Assembly: GCA_964498295.1 (NCBI GenBank)
Contig: CAZCGJ010000002.1
Location: 1 to 52,730, forward strand
Direction: 5' to 3'
Length of the DNA: 52,730 nucleotides
DNA from: Candidatus Woesearchaeota archaeon
GTDB lineage: Archaea > Nanobdellota > Nanobdellia > Pacearchaeales > GW2011-AR1
Under the pieces are notes generated by a model. It made no database searches and was not told where the DNA came from. It worked only from the letters and a program-made list of their open reading frames with translations. Numbering within the stretch: the stretch's first letter is position 1; each line of letters starts with the position of its first letter. Below are positions 25,725 through 35,149 of the stretch, piece after piece. The translations under genes were made by a program, and so were the position numbers.

Positions 25725-26489
25725 TTATATAGGTTTTGCTATCAAAAACTCTTCATCGAACAAATCAAACTTGTCAACAAGCAAAAAATTCTCTTTAATA
25801 AAATCTTCAAGCCATCTTCTTTTTATATCAAACCTATTTCTCCCAGAAATACTCTTCAGCGGATTTGATATAACTAAAATATCTTGTTTACCTAATAAAC
25901 CTTTAATCTCTGAAAGAAAAGTTTTTGCAAAATTAGGCTCTAAATTTTCTAAGGCATCAATAACTTGCAATAACATAATAAGCCGAGGAGATTTAGAACC
26001 TTCTAAAATATTTTTTACCTCAGATAAATTAAATAAATCCCCCCAAACAACTTTTGCATTTGAAAAGTTATTTTTTATAAAATACTCATTTTGTAGATCA
26101 CACAATTGTCTAGTACTTTCTACACCGATATAAGATATCTCTCCAAAATCCTCTTTTAAATAAGAATATGAAAAACCATTCATACCGCATCCAAAATCTA
26201 AAACACTCTTAAAATTATTTCCGACAACAGAAACTATTTTTTTATAGAATTCAAAATAATTTCTTTTTTTGCTAGAGATATGACTCTCAAGTACAACCTC
26301 GTCTTTTCCTTTTAGAACCTTATTAGTCAAAAAAACACCAAAATACTTTCTTAAGAAAGCACGAACTAATTTAACTTTTTCTTCATCTGACTTATTCTTT
26401 ATTTGTTTCTGTAACAACACTTTCTCAACTAAACTGTCTGGTAAACCAGAAAATTCTCTCTTTTCTTTAATTTTTCTAATAAGATCCAT
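25725..26489 (-). CDS. FmrO/ArmA/Rmt-like 16S rRNA (guanine-N7) methyltransferase homologue
   Basis: Collinear with my recollection of ArmA/RmtB: IKEKREFSGLPDSLVEKVL (ArmA ILESKKYENLDSDIVEKVV), ESHISSKKR (IHSSTNER), VLDFGCGMNGFSY (ILDFGCGFNPLAL), VISNPLKSISGRNRF (VISFPIKSLSGKEKG). Confidence 0.6.
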   Translation of the reverse strand: MDLIRKIKEKREFSGLPDSLVEKVLLQKQIKNKSDEEKVKLVRAFLRKYFGVFLTNKVLKGKDEVVLESHISSKKRNYFEFYKKIVSVVGNNFKSVLDFGCGMNGFSYSYLKEDFGEISYIGVESTRQLCDLQNEYFIKNNFSNAKVVWGDLFNLSEVKNILEGSKSPRLIMLLQVIDALENLEPNFAKTFLSEIKGLLGKQDILVISNPLKSISGRNRFDIKRRWLEDFIKENFLLVDKFDLFDEEFLIAKPI

Positions 26490-26548
26490 CCCTGTTCAAA
26501 AGAGAACCTATTTAAATAAGTTATTCCTCTAAAATATGGAGGTATGAT

Positions 26549-26737
26549 ATGAGCTGGTACGAAAAAACAGCATTAGTTCTTTCCGCAATTGGAGCAATCA
26601 ATTGGGGCTTGACAGAACTAGGCTGGAATGCGGTAGCAAATACTGTAGGCCTAATAAATCCAATTCTTGCAAGCATAGTTTACTATGTTGTAGCACTTTG
26701 CGGTATTTGGGCATTAGTAGCTATCTTTAAAGATTAA
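26549..26737 (+). CDS. DUF378-type small membrane protein
   Basis: 62 aa with an AIGAINWGL motif and two TM helices. Confidence 0.65.
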   Translation: MSWYEKTALVLSAIGAINWGLTELGWNAVANTVGLINPILASIVYYVVALCGIWALVAIFKD

Positions 26738-26780
26738 ACAAACAGAAAATTTTTATTTTTTTTCTTTTATATAACGTGGG

Positions 26781-27332
26781 CTAATTTAATATAAAATTTA
26801 GAAGAAGCTCTTTTTGCCTCACTTCAGGATGAAATAATACTCCATAGATCTCTTTCTCTTTATGTTTGATTGCCTGAGGTACTTTTCCTTCCTTGCAAAA
26901 AATTTCAAATTCCTTTAATCTACTAAAATCCACATAATTGTTATGTAAGTGCCAAACCTCTTGCTTGCCAATAAGACCTAAAAAATCCTTATTAAAATTC
27001 TCAAAATAGAAGCCAATCTCACTTTCTTTTTTTACAGATCCTCTAAAAACTAACCCTATTAATTGCATGCCTGCACAAATTCCAATAAGAGGCTTGCTAA
27101 TATTTTTTATCCACTCAAATTTTTTTAAATCTTTTGCATATTCAAAATCTTTTAAAGAAGTTCCACAGATAACTATATGGCTTGCTTTTTTAAGATCTAA
27201 TTCTTTAATAGATTTATAAGATTTAACAAAAAAAGGAAAGTTATTATTTTTTAAAATATTTTCTATAGGCTTAACGAACTCATAATAATGAAGTTTTTCC
27301 TTACAAACATTTACAACAAGAATCTCCTTCAT
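26781..27332 (-). CDS. class I glutamine amidotransferase (GuaA subunit A-like)
   Basis: Nucleophile elbow GICAGMQL and C-terminal LFHPE (His-Glu). The ATG at 27332 overlaps the stop of the upstream gene (ATGA). The track start at 27350 is TTG. Confidence 0.75.
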   Translation of the reverse strand: MKEILVVNVCKEKLHYYEFVKPIENILKNNNFPFFVKSYKSIKELDLKKASHIVICGTSLKDFEYAKDLKKFEWIKNISKPLIGICAGMQLIGLVFRGSVKKESEIGFYFENFNKDFLGLIGKQEVWHLHNNYVDFSRLKEFEIFCKEGKVPQAIKHKEKEIYGVLFHPEVRQKELLLNFILN

Positions 27333-27991
27333 AAAAATTCGCCTCTCCAAGCATTTCCTTCACCAAAAACATTTCTTATTTCTACATCGAGTCTTTTTTT
27401 AAACAAAGGGCAATTTACAGCCAAACTTTCGAACTCACCACCTTCTCCAGCAGGATTTATTCTATACTTGTCCGATAATACCTTAATCTCTTCAATAAAT
27501 TTTCCATCAATTTTTCTTCCAATCCATTTTTTATCAAGAGGATATGCTGCAACTCCTGAAATAATAACCTCAAACTTATTCTTAATTAAATCTTCTAAAA
27601 TTTCAATCTGATTTTTTTGCCAAAGAGGATTAAAGCATTCAATTCCTAACTTATTACAAATATTCTGAACCCTGGAAGCCTGATAAACAGACTCAACTGC
27701 ACCAGTAACAACACCTTCAATTTTATATTTCTTAACAGCCAGTTTAATTGCTTTCTCTAAATCTTTAAGTTCTTTTTCTTTTTCGCCTCTTGTTTCTTGT
27801 ATAATCAAAGGAATTTTCATACAATCTGCTTGCCTTTTTGTAAGTTCAATTGCAGGAGTATGAAACATAAAGCTATCCTTATTTTTACTCCACAAACTAA
27901 TCAAACAAGAAATTTTGTAGCCTTCCTTTTTTGCAAGCCAAGCCGCATATGTAGAATCTTTCCCACCAGAGAATAAAACACCTAACTGCAT
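27329..27991 (-). CDS. PP-loop ATP pyrophosphatase of the Dph6/MJ0570 (DUF71) family, putative diphthine-ammonia ligase
   Basis: MQLGVLFSGGKDSTYAAWLA contains the SGGKDS PP-loop. The length of about 220 aa and the C-terminal EGGEFES motif are typical of MJ0570-like proteins. Confidence 0.7.
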   Translation of the reverse strand: MQLGVLFSGGKDSTYAAWLAKKEGYKISCLISLWSKNKDSFMFHTPAIELTKRQADCMKIPLIIQETRGEKEKELKDLEKAIKLAVKKYKIEGVVTGAVESVYQASRVQNICNKLGIECFNPLWQKNQIEILEDLIKNKFEVIISGVAAYPLDKKWIGRKIDGKFIEEIKVLSDKYRINPAGEGGEFESLAVNCPLFKKRLDVEIRNVFGEGNAWRGEFL

Positions 27992-28021
27992 ATAAGTGAA
28001 AATAAATAAATGTTTATTAAA

Positions 28022-29119
28022 CTACCTATTAAACTTATTTTTTATATAATCAATCATCCTATTACCTGATAAAAGAATGGTTGAAGCACCAATCCTTATA
28101 AAAAAGTCTTCTCTGCCTTCAAATTTTAAAAATACAGGTTTTGAACTTTTCATACAACTAATTCTTAGAATAGTTTTATTATCATCAAACTTGAAAAAAT
28201 CAAAACCTAAAAATGGAAGAAATTCAGGACCAATATCCTCTTTTATTAAATTTGTCAAATGTCTATTGAAAAGATCTAAATTTTCAAAACCATCTTTATC
28301 CAAACCTAGAATCTCAGATTTGTCTGAAACGCCAATAAATAGAAATCCTCCTTCACTATTCAAGAAAGAAGAAATAGACTTCAAAACAGCATGTTCCACT
28401 CTAGAATCTGCTTGACCAGTATGTAAATTTACACGCAAACTAGACTTAAACTCTACTCGCTCACCTTCTCCAGATATAAGCACTCGCCCAACCTCATCTA
28501 CTGCTTTGCTTCTGGAAATAAACAAATTAGGGTTTTCTTCTCTTATTTTTCTTGCAACACCTTTGAACAATCTCCCTTTTAATTGAGTAAGATAAAGATA
28601 GCCCAAAATATTAGAAATAATAGAACCTATTACAACTAAAAGTAGATTGGCCATTGCAAATTGATGATCTCCATAAGAAATTGAAAAACCAAATATACTC
28701 TTCAAATAAAATTTTGTAATTTCTAAAAAAGAAGCCATAGCTACAGAAACACAGAGAGACAAGAAAAAAACCATTCTAAATGAAAATTTAGAGTCTCGAT
28801 TAAATAAAAAAGTAAAAATAAATACAAACCCTAAAAAACCGAGCGTTAACCCGAAGAGTAACTGTGCAAATTCAGGTAAAAATTGTCCAACCAATGAAGA
28901 AAAAACTAGAAATAAGAGAAAAATAAACTCTAGCTCAAATGGAAACTTAAGAACATATTTTTGTTTAGTAAAATAAGGTAAAACAAACAAAATAGCAACT
29001 AACAGGTTTGCAGAAAGTATATGCCAAAAATGAGCATAAGCTAAATAACCTAAGAATAAAATAAAAAACAACCTGCATAAAAAAATAAGGGCCTTTCTTA
29101 AAATAGCCTTTTCTACCAT
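28022..29119 (-). CDS. membrane-anchored AlbA_2/Schlafen-like putative nucleic-acid-binding protein
   Basis: The N-terminal 190 aa or so is polytopic (about 5-6 TM). The C-terminus has GEGERVEFKSSL...EHAVLKSISSFLNSEGGFLFIGVSD, typical of the AlbA_2 (divergent AAA/Schlafen) domain. Confidence 0.55.
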   Translation of the reverse strand: MVEKAILRKALIFLCRLFFILFLGYLAYAHFWHILSANLLVAILFVLPYFTKQKYVLKFPFELEFIFLLFLVFSSLVGQFLPEFAQLLFGLTLGFLGFVFIFTFLFNRDSKFSFRMVFFLSLCVSVAMASFLEITKFYLKSIFGFSISYGDHQFAMANLLLVVIGSIISNILGYLYLTQLKGRLFKGVARKIREENPNLFISRSKAVDEVGRVLISGEGERVEFKSSLRVNLHTGQADSRVEHAVLKSISSFLNSEGGFLFIGVSDKSEILGLDKDGFENLDLFNRHLTNLIKEDIGPEFLPFLGFDFFKFDDNKTILRISCMKSSKPVFLKFEGREDFFIRIGASTILLSGNRMIDYIKNKFNR

Positions 29120-29214
29120 AAAAACAGATAATAATGCAGATTTAAATGGATTATGAAACTCAAATATACATAATTATCAATCAACTTTAAAAATAACAAT
29201 TCCTTATAAGAAAT

Positions 29215-30135
29215 ATGCCAGCAAACGCTTCCCCGGAATTTTCGCATGCCGAATTGAAATTTGACAAAGCACAGTCAGACGAAGAAAGACTTCTAGCTAT
29301 GGAAGAAATGATAAGATCTATGCCCCAACATAAGTCTGCAGAATCCCTAAGATCTAATTTACGTACCAGATATAAAAGACTTAAAGAAAAACTAGAAACT
29401 AGAGGTAAAAAATCAGGCGGCGGAAATAAACCAACAATAAAGAAAGAAGCAATGCAGGCAGTAGTTCTAGGTTTCCCAAATGTAGGAAAATCTTCTCTCT
29501 TTGAAATCTTAACAGAAAACAAAAATAAGACAATTTCACCGGTGGCTTTTTCGACATATACAACTATTGTAGCTATGATGCCTTTTGAAGATGTTAAAAT
29601 ACAGCTAATAGATATGCCTCCTTTTCCAAACGAAGATAAAAGTTTAGTAAATACTGCAGATACAATAATAATAGCAATAGACAATCTTTCTCAAATTGAA
29701 GAAGCAGAAAAATATCTTCAAAGAATTATTGGGAAAAAAGTATATGTTTTTACAAAAGCAGATATACTGAGTGAACAAGAAAAAAGAAGGTTAGAGGCAA
29801 CACTAAAATCAAAATATAAAAAAATAGATTGTACAATTTTTTCAAATAAGGAACATGTTAGAACAGAAGTTTATGAATTAAAAAAGAAAATTTTTGAAAC
29901 TTTCCCAATAATAAGAGTCTATACAAAAGAACCTAAAAAAGAATCAACAGGAATACCGATGATATTAGAAGAAGGAGCAACTGCAAAAGATGTAGCAGAA
30001 AAAATAATAAAGGGAATGTCAGCAAAAGTAAAGAAAACAAGAATTTGGGGGCCTTCCTCAAAATTTCCAGGACAAAGAGTAGGATTGGAGCACGCTTTAA
30101 AAGATAAAGACACAATAGAATTTCAAACAGAATGA
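29215..30135 (+). CDS. DRG/Obg-family GTP-binding protein with a C-terminal TGS-like domain
   Basis: G1 GFPNVGKSS and G4 TKAD are present, but G3 is degenerate (DMPP rather than DxxG). The N-terminal helical region and C-terminal TGS-like beta-grasp (RVYTK...GDTIEF-type) resemble DRG. Confidence 0.65.
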   Translation: MPANASPEFSHAELKFDKAQSDEERLLAMEEMIRSMPQHKSAESLRSNLRTRYKRLKEKLETRGKKSGGGNKPTIKKEAMQAVVLGFPNVGKSSLFEILTENKNKTISPVAFSTYTTIVAMMPFEDVKIQLIDMPPFPNEDKSLVNTADTIIIAIDNLSQIEEAEKYLQRIIGKKVYVFTKADILSEQEKRRLEATLKSKYKKIDCTIFSNKEHVRTEVYELKKKIFETFPIIRVYTKEPKKESTGIPMILEEGATAKDVAEKIIKGMSAKVKKTRIWGPSSKFPGQRVGLEHALKDKDTIEFQTE

Positions 30136-30425
30136 AAACAGAAAGAATTCTCCTTTTACTTTCAATATTAGGTATATTTATTTTATTGATCCTCTCAAAT
30201 TTTAACAAACCAACAATAACGGGAGAAATCTCTAAAATTGTCCAAACAAAAAATTCAATTCAAATAAATTTAGAAAATAAACAAGGAGAAATACTTGTTT
30301 TAAACAAATCCATACTTCCTGAAAAAATAAAAAAAGGAGACAAAATAGAAATTTATGGAGATAAGCAAACCAACCTAAACAAAACAATAATATTTGCAAA
30401 TAAAATTAAATGTTTGAATTGCTAA
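30132..30425 (+). CDS. small N-terminally anchored protein, hypothetical
   Basis: 97 aa. Its ATG overlaps the DRG stop (ATGA). One TM helix, then a beta-rich segment. Confidence 0.4.
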   Translation: MKTERILLLLSILGIFILLILSNFNKPTITGEISKIVQTKNSIQINLENKQGEILVLNKSILPEKIKKGDKIEIYGDKQTNLNKTIIFANKIKCLNC

Positions 30426-31621
30426 TGTTAATAGAAATAGTTATTGCATTGCTTTGTGGATTTATTTTAGGTATAATTGCAGGTTTAATCCCCGGTTTAC
30501 ACATAAATTTAATTTCTTCACTAATAATAGTCTTATCTCCAGCACTTCTTTCTTTTTTTAGCCCTTTTGCCCTTATTCTTTTTATTATTACAATGTCAAT
30601 AACGACTATTTTTCTAGATTTTATCCCAAGTACATATTTAGGGGCCCCGGAGGAAGAAACAGCCCTATCTATTTTACCTTCGCACGAATTACTTATGAAA
30701 GGAAAGGCAAATACAGCCATCTACTTATCCTCTTTAGGTAGTTTTATAGGAATAATCCTTAGTTTAATTTTAATACCTCTATTTTATATCCTATTAGAAA
30801 AAACTTATCCCTTCTTTGAAAAAATGATGTTTTTCTTATTGATATGGATAGCAATATTTTTAATAGTTGGAAATAAAAATATAAAACTAGTGATTTTTAT
30901 AGCACTACTCGCAGGATTTCTAGGTATTGCTTCTTTAAACTTAAACATAACTCAACCATTACTACCCTTATTAACTGGCTTGTTTGGAACTTCCGGAATT
31001 ATCTTTTCTATTAAGCAAAAAACCAAGATACCTAAACAGCAAGAAGAAATAGAAAAACCAAAAATACATGAAGTGATAAAACCCTCTCTTGTTAGTCTTT
31101 TAGTTTCTCCACTATGTTCGTTTTTACCAGGGCTTGGAAGCTCACAAGCAACAACAATAAGCTCTAAATTATTTGGAGATTTAGACAGAAAACAGTTTTT
31201 AATAACAAACGGAGCAATAAACATGATAATCTCAATTCTTTCAATAATTACTCTTCTAATAATAGGAAAGTCAAGAACCGGCTCTGCAGCAGCAATATCT
31301 CAAATCTCAAGCATATCTCAAAAAGAACTAATAATTATTTTAATAGGTATATTTTTTATAGGAATAGCTTCTTTTTTTACAGCTTTAAAAATATCTAAAA
31401 TATTATCAAGAAAAATAAGCAATCTAAATTATCAGAAGATTTCATGGACTTTATTGATTCTGCTGTCTCTTGCGGTTTTATTAGTTTCAGGATTACTAGG
31501 TTTTTTAGTTTTGATAGTATCAACATTTTTAGGATTAACAAGTCAATACTATGGCCTAAATAAAAATACATTAATGTTTTGTCTCCTGATCCCTACAATT
31601 TTATATTATATACCTCTCTAA
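30410..31621 (+). CDS. TctA-family (DUF112) membrane transporter subunit
   Basis: 403-aa polytopic protein with GxIPGL and LPGLGSSQAT motifs, as in the TctA/DUF112 family. Confidence 0.55.
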   Translation: MFELLMLIEIVIALLCGFILGIIAGLIPGLHINLISSLIIVLSPALLSFFSPFALILFIITMSITTIFLDFIPSTYLGAPEEETALSILPSHELLMKGKANTAIYLSSLGSFIGIILSLILIPLFYILLEKTYPFFEKMMFFLLIWIAIFLIVGNKNIKLVIFIALLAGFLGIASLNLNITQPLLPLLTGLFGTSGIIFSIKQKTKIPKQQEEIEKPKIHEVIKPSLVSLLVSPLCSFLPGLGSSQATTISSKLFGDLDRKQFLITNGAINMIISILSIITLLIIGKSRTGSAAAISQISSISQKELIIILIGIFFIGIASFFTALKISKILSRKISNLNYQKISWTLLILLSLAVLLVSGLLGFLVLIVSTFLGLTSQYYGLNKNTLMFCLLIPTILYYIPL

Positions 31622-31687
31622 AAGTTCCATGAGAAACCGATGGGTTAAAAAAACTTCTTTGACCGCAGGTCGCATGGAGTTTTTCTG

Positions 31688-34600
31688 TTAAAAAAACTTC
31701 TTCAAATCAATTTGTTTTTCTGTCTCTTTACCAAAAATACTTTCAATGTAAAGTTTTACAAGATTCAAAGCCTGTTTAGTATAAGCCGGAATACCATAGT
31801 TCTCTGCAAGCATAATAGCCTGTTCCAAATATTTTTTGATACTCCCTTCTGAAATAGTAAATAAGATTTTCCCACCACATTTATGACATACGCCAAGTAA
31901 AGGAGGTCTTCTAAACTTTTCATTACATGCAACACATCTAAACTCTTGATGTGAGAACTTTCTTAAATTACCCCTAATATCTCTAATAAGATGTCTTTCA
32001 ATAATTAATCTAGCAACGTCAGAAGCATCTACAGCACGTAACTTCTCTGCAAGAGACATTGCGGCATCAACTTTATCTTTCATAGTGGGTAAGGATTTAT
32101 AGGAAGAGTTGAACATCCCGGAATTAAAATTAGAAGTATTATGGGTAAACCCTGAATTAACAAAAGGATCCTTACCTTCTTTTAATAAAGTCTTTACAGT
32201 AACAATTTTTACTTCAGAAGAATGTTTCCTTTGTTCTGCTGCCTCATACATAGAAAGAGGATAAGAAGAACATGTTTCAAAATCTAAAATTTGATCGTCT
32301 ACTTCTCCCGCCCTAATATGTGCATTCAAAACCAAAGGAGCATCCTGTGTTCCGCCCCTATGCGAAGGTAAGAATTTTCTTGAAAAATTAATAAGCACGT
32401 CTAACAACATCATAACTGCTGCCTCATCACCATCGCAATCCCTTCTCATTGCAGCATGCATAAACGGACTAGCAACCAATCCTTGCAGTTTACAAAAACC
32501 AATAATTCTCCCAGTAACACCTGCACAATTATGTGGCGCCATACAAACAACTAAATGTCCAATTAAATCTTCTTTAGTTTTCAGATTATAGTATCGCGGA
32601 AGCCCATACACCTTTTCTAACTCTTCATCAATAAATTTACTTATATTAAAGAAAACGTCATCTCCTCTTTCATCCTTAGTATCTGGGCAACAGGGAAGAA
32701 CAATATCATGAGGCATCAATCTAATAATTTGGGAGGAACTCGTTAGAGGAAGACCTTCTATATCTTCTGTATAACCTAACTCAATTAATTTTTCAATACT
32801 TGCTCCAATTTCTTCAGGCTTAAAATGAGTAAGAGGTATTTCAGTTGCATCATACCTTATTGTCCCATCCTTATTAACACATAAATTATATTTTGCTCTC
32901 AAAATACCCTTAGCCATATTTTCAAAGTCGTGTTCTGCATTACTAGATCCCTTAACACCTTTGATTAATTCCGGTAACCCTATCTTATTAGGACATACTT
33001 TTTGAACAGCTTTGTCGAACATAGACTTAATCTCTACCCTGCGATTACTATATGTAGAGCAGGGACCATGCTGTGGGCAAGTGTCTTCTGTTTTTATCTG
33101 AGCACATCTAGAACAAAAATATTTCTTTTCTGTTTTTTCTCCACAAAGTTCACATAAATTATTGATAGTTTCTAAATTACATTTATTACAATAGTTTAAA
33201 GGAAAATCTGCTTTAACGAACCCTTCCAGTGCTGCAGCAGTCAAGCTTCTAAATCTCCCTCCTTGTTCGCCAACAGGAAATAAAACATTAGGACTTCCAG
33301 TGAGTTTTCGTAGTTTTGCCTTCTCAGGCCTACCCATTCTAGCGCCTATAAAATCGCCAGCCTTGTCTTTTATCAAATATTTAGAAAAAGAATTAATAAT
33401 TTCTAAAATAATTTCTTTCTCACCACAAACTTTTAAAATATTTTCACAACATTCTTTAAAATTAGAAGAAACACCCATTCCTAAATTTGATAAAAATGCT
33501 TCTCCATTAGTTATAACTACATTATCTAATATAACTTCATGATCGGCGCCTATTAACTCTAAAGCACGTTTTGCAGCTTTGAAAGTTTCTCTATCTTGTG
33601 AAGAATAGGGTAAAACCAATTTCCCATTCCAAGTAGCATAACCAATCCAATCAACTAAAGCGGAAAACTCTTCTTTCTTTATTTGTGTCCAATAAAAGAT
33701 ATAAGAGGGATGCATTGGTAAAGAATATCTCTCCGAAAGTTCAATTGCTTTAGGTAAAGAAAGATTATATTCATCAACAACTAACTTTTCACCACTAATC
33801 TCTAATTTTTTATCTAATTCTAGTCTCCACCATTCTTCAACATAACCTGGCCTAAGGAGCTCTGCATTTCTATTCATTACATCTCCTAAAGGAAAGAGAA
33901 TATCGCCAATATAAATAATTTCTTCAACATCACGATACGCTTTTTTTGCTTCTTCAACATCTGAAATTTTTTTTACACTCCCATTTTTAAATTTTACAAT
34001 AGGGCCATCAATCAAATCACAACTAGTCACAACACACCCTTTAGTAGGTCTTTCAATTTTAAGTTGATTACCATTAGACAAGAAATTATTTGATAAAAAC
34101 ATAGTAGCTGGATGAATAGATGTAGCTGAAAAACCTGCAACCCTAGAACGACCATACCTAAACCTAAAACTACCAGAACGAGAAGGATGGCCAAAAACAG
34201 GTCTTCCCGCAACTAAATCTTTAATATAGGTAGCTACAGTATCTTTAGTACCTTTCTCTCTTTTTTTATGTAGCTCTATATATCCATCAAGAAAATCCCA
34301 GTCAGTTAATTTGAAACCTTTACCTCTTGCATTTTTTACCATTCTAGCAATTTTAGCTGCTTTTTGAGCTAGACCTTCAGCAAATACAAGACACATACCA
34401 CCTCTGATAAAGTTAGTTTCTATTCTAGGTAAGTCCTTGTAGTTTGAAACTTCTTTATCTTCAGAAGGATCGCCAGATATTTCTATAGGGATAGTTTTCG
34501 CTAAAAAAACCATTTCTTCTTCTGTTGGAAAATACTGTAAATTATTTATTCTTTCATGATAATCAGTTATTTCTGTAAAATACCTTCTAATTTCTTTTTC

Positions 34601-35149
34601 ATCCGGATCATATTTAGAATACCCAAACAATTCTCTTAGATGATCTATAACTACTAAAGAAAAAGCAGCACCAGTACCGCCTGCACTTCTAACAGGACCA
34701 GAATATTGAGCTGATAGATATTCTTTCCCATCTCGAGTTTTACAAACTTTAAGGCCTGTAAACCCTTCAATAGGAGAAGATACAACCCCGAGAGTAACAT
34801 AAGCAAAACCTATTCTAATTCCCGCATCCATAGCTTGTAATTTAGATTCAAATTTACAATATTTTTCTTGCGCAATTTCCTCAGCAATTTTTAAAGGAAC
34901 ACAAGAGTCTAATTGCCCATATTCTTTTTCCAAATCAAGAATTCTTTGAGAAATTATTTTAGTGTTTTCATCCCCTAATTGTGGATAAACCGTAGAAATT
35001 AAACCAACTACTTTTTCCGCAAGAGACATAGCTAAAGGAATTTCCACTTTTTTTACAGGGTCTAACCCTTTGCTTCTAGCAAGTTCAGCAACTTCATACT
35101 CTTTCCTTACGCCATCTACTAAATTATGAAAATATTCTTCAGTTTGCAT
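31688..35149 (-). CDS. DNA polymerase II (PolD) large subunit DP2
   Basis: 1153 aa, with the Cys clusters characteristic of DP2. Overlaps the DP1 gene by 11 nt in the canonical DP1-DP2 order. No intein-sized insertion. Confidence 0.9.
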   Translation of the reverse strand: MQTEEYFHNLVDGVRKEYEVAELARSKGLDPVKKVEIPLAMSLAEKVVGLISTVYPQLGDENTKIISQRILDLEKEYGQLDSCVPLKIAEEIAQEKYCKFESKLQAMDAGIRIGFAYVTLGVVSSPIEGFTGLKVCKTRDGKEYLSAQYSGPVRSAGGTGAAFSLVVIDHLRELFGYSKYDPDEKEIRRYFTEITDYHERINNLQYFPTEEEMVFLAKTIPIEISGDPSEDKEVSNYKDLPRIETNFIRGGMCLVFAEGLAQKAAKIARMVKNARGKGFKLTDWDFLDGYIELHKKREKGTKDTVATYIKDLVAGRPVFGHPSRSGSFRFRYGRSRVAGFSATSIHPATMFLSNNFLSNGNQLKIERPTKGCVVTSCDLIDGPIVKFKNGSVKKISDVEEAKKAYRDVEEIIYIGDILFPLGDVMNRNAELLRPGYVEEWWRLELDKKLEISGEKLVVDEYNLSLPKAIELSERYSLPMHPSYIFYWTQIKKEEFSALVDWIGYATWNGKLVLPYSSQDRETFKAAKRALELIGADHEVILDNVVITNGEAFLSNLGMGVSSNFKECCENILKVCGEKEIILEIINSFSKYLIKDKAGDFIGARMGRPEKAKLRKLTGSPNVLFPVGEQGGRFRSLTAAALEGFVKADFPLNYCNKCNLETINNLCELCGEKTEKKYFCSRCAQIKTEDTCPQHGPCSTYSNRRVEIKSMFDKAVQKVCPNKIGLPELIKGVKGSSNAEHDFENMAKGILRAKYNLCVNKDGTIRYDATEIPLTHFKPEEIGASIEKLIELGYTEDIEGLPLTSSSQIIRLMPHDIVLPCCPDTKDERGDDVFFNISKFIDEELEKVYGLPRYYNLKTKEDLIGHLVVCMAPHNCAGVTGRIIGFCKLQGLVASPFMHAAMRRDCDGDEAAVMMLLDVLINFSRKFLPSHRGGTQDAPLVLNAHIRAGEVDDQILDFETCSSYPLSMYEAAEQRKHSSEVKIVTVKTLLKEGKDPFVNSGFTHNTSNFNSGMFNSSYKSLPTMKDKVDAAMSLAEKLRAVDASDVARLIIERHLIRDIRGNLRKFSHQEFRCVACNEKFRRPPLLGVCHKCGGKILFTISEGSIKKYLEQAIMLAENYGIPAYTKQALNLVKLYIESIFGKETEKQIDLKKFF

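Noticed and set aside
25714-26133. 139-aa plus-strand ORF
   Set aside because: It is antisense to the FmrO-like methyltransferase gene, Ser/Lys/Phe-rich, and has no recognisable features.
27288-27611. 107-aa plus-strand ORF, and similar shadow ORFs elsewhere
   Set aside because: All lie inside and antisense to, or out of frame with, longer ORFs that carry clear family motifs. Their translations are low-complexity. The affected track ORFs are 1742..1993, 2517..2735, 3727..3954, 14345..14599, 14624..14875, 14895..15113, 14978..15166, 17678..17920, 20504..20767, 20804..21028, 21713..21904, 21865..22050, 22220..22450, 25083..25280, 25521..25709, 28077..28415, 29919..30208, 30406..30720, 30952..31224, 33300..33542, 34027..34212, 37607..37879, 39635..39832, 40057..40239, 41693..41917, 42897..43100, 43156..43383, 45947..46153, 50079..50264, 50822..51046 and 51646..51840.
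29187-29684. 165-aa minus-strand ORF
   Set aside because: It is entirely antisense to the well-supported DRG-type GTPase gene. It has low-complexity composition and no motifs. It is typical of the shadow ORFs seen in AT-rich genomes.
31644-31702. 16-nt exact direct repeat GTTAAAAAAACTTCTT at 31644-31659 and 31687-31702
   Set aside because: One copy is the 3' end and stop region of the DP2 gene, and the other lies 43 nt further into the convergent intergenic spacer. It is A-rich and short, so it is most simply a small local duplication or chance in a T/A-rich terminator zone.
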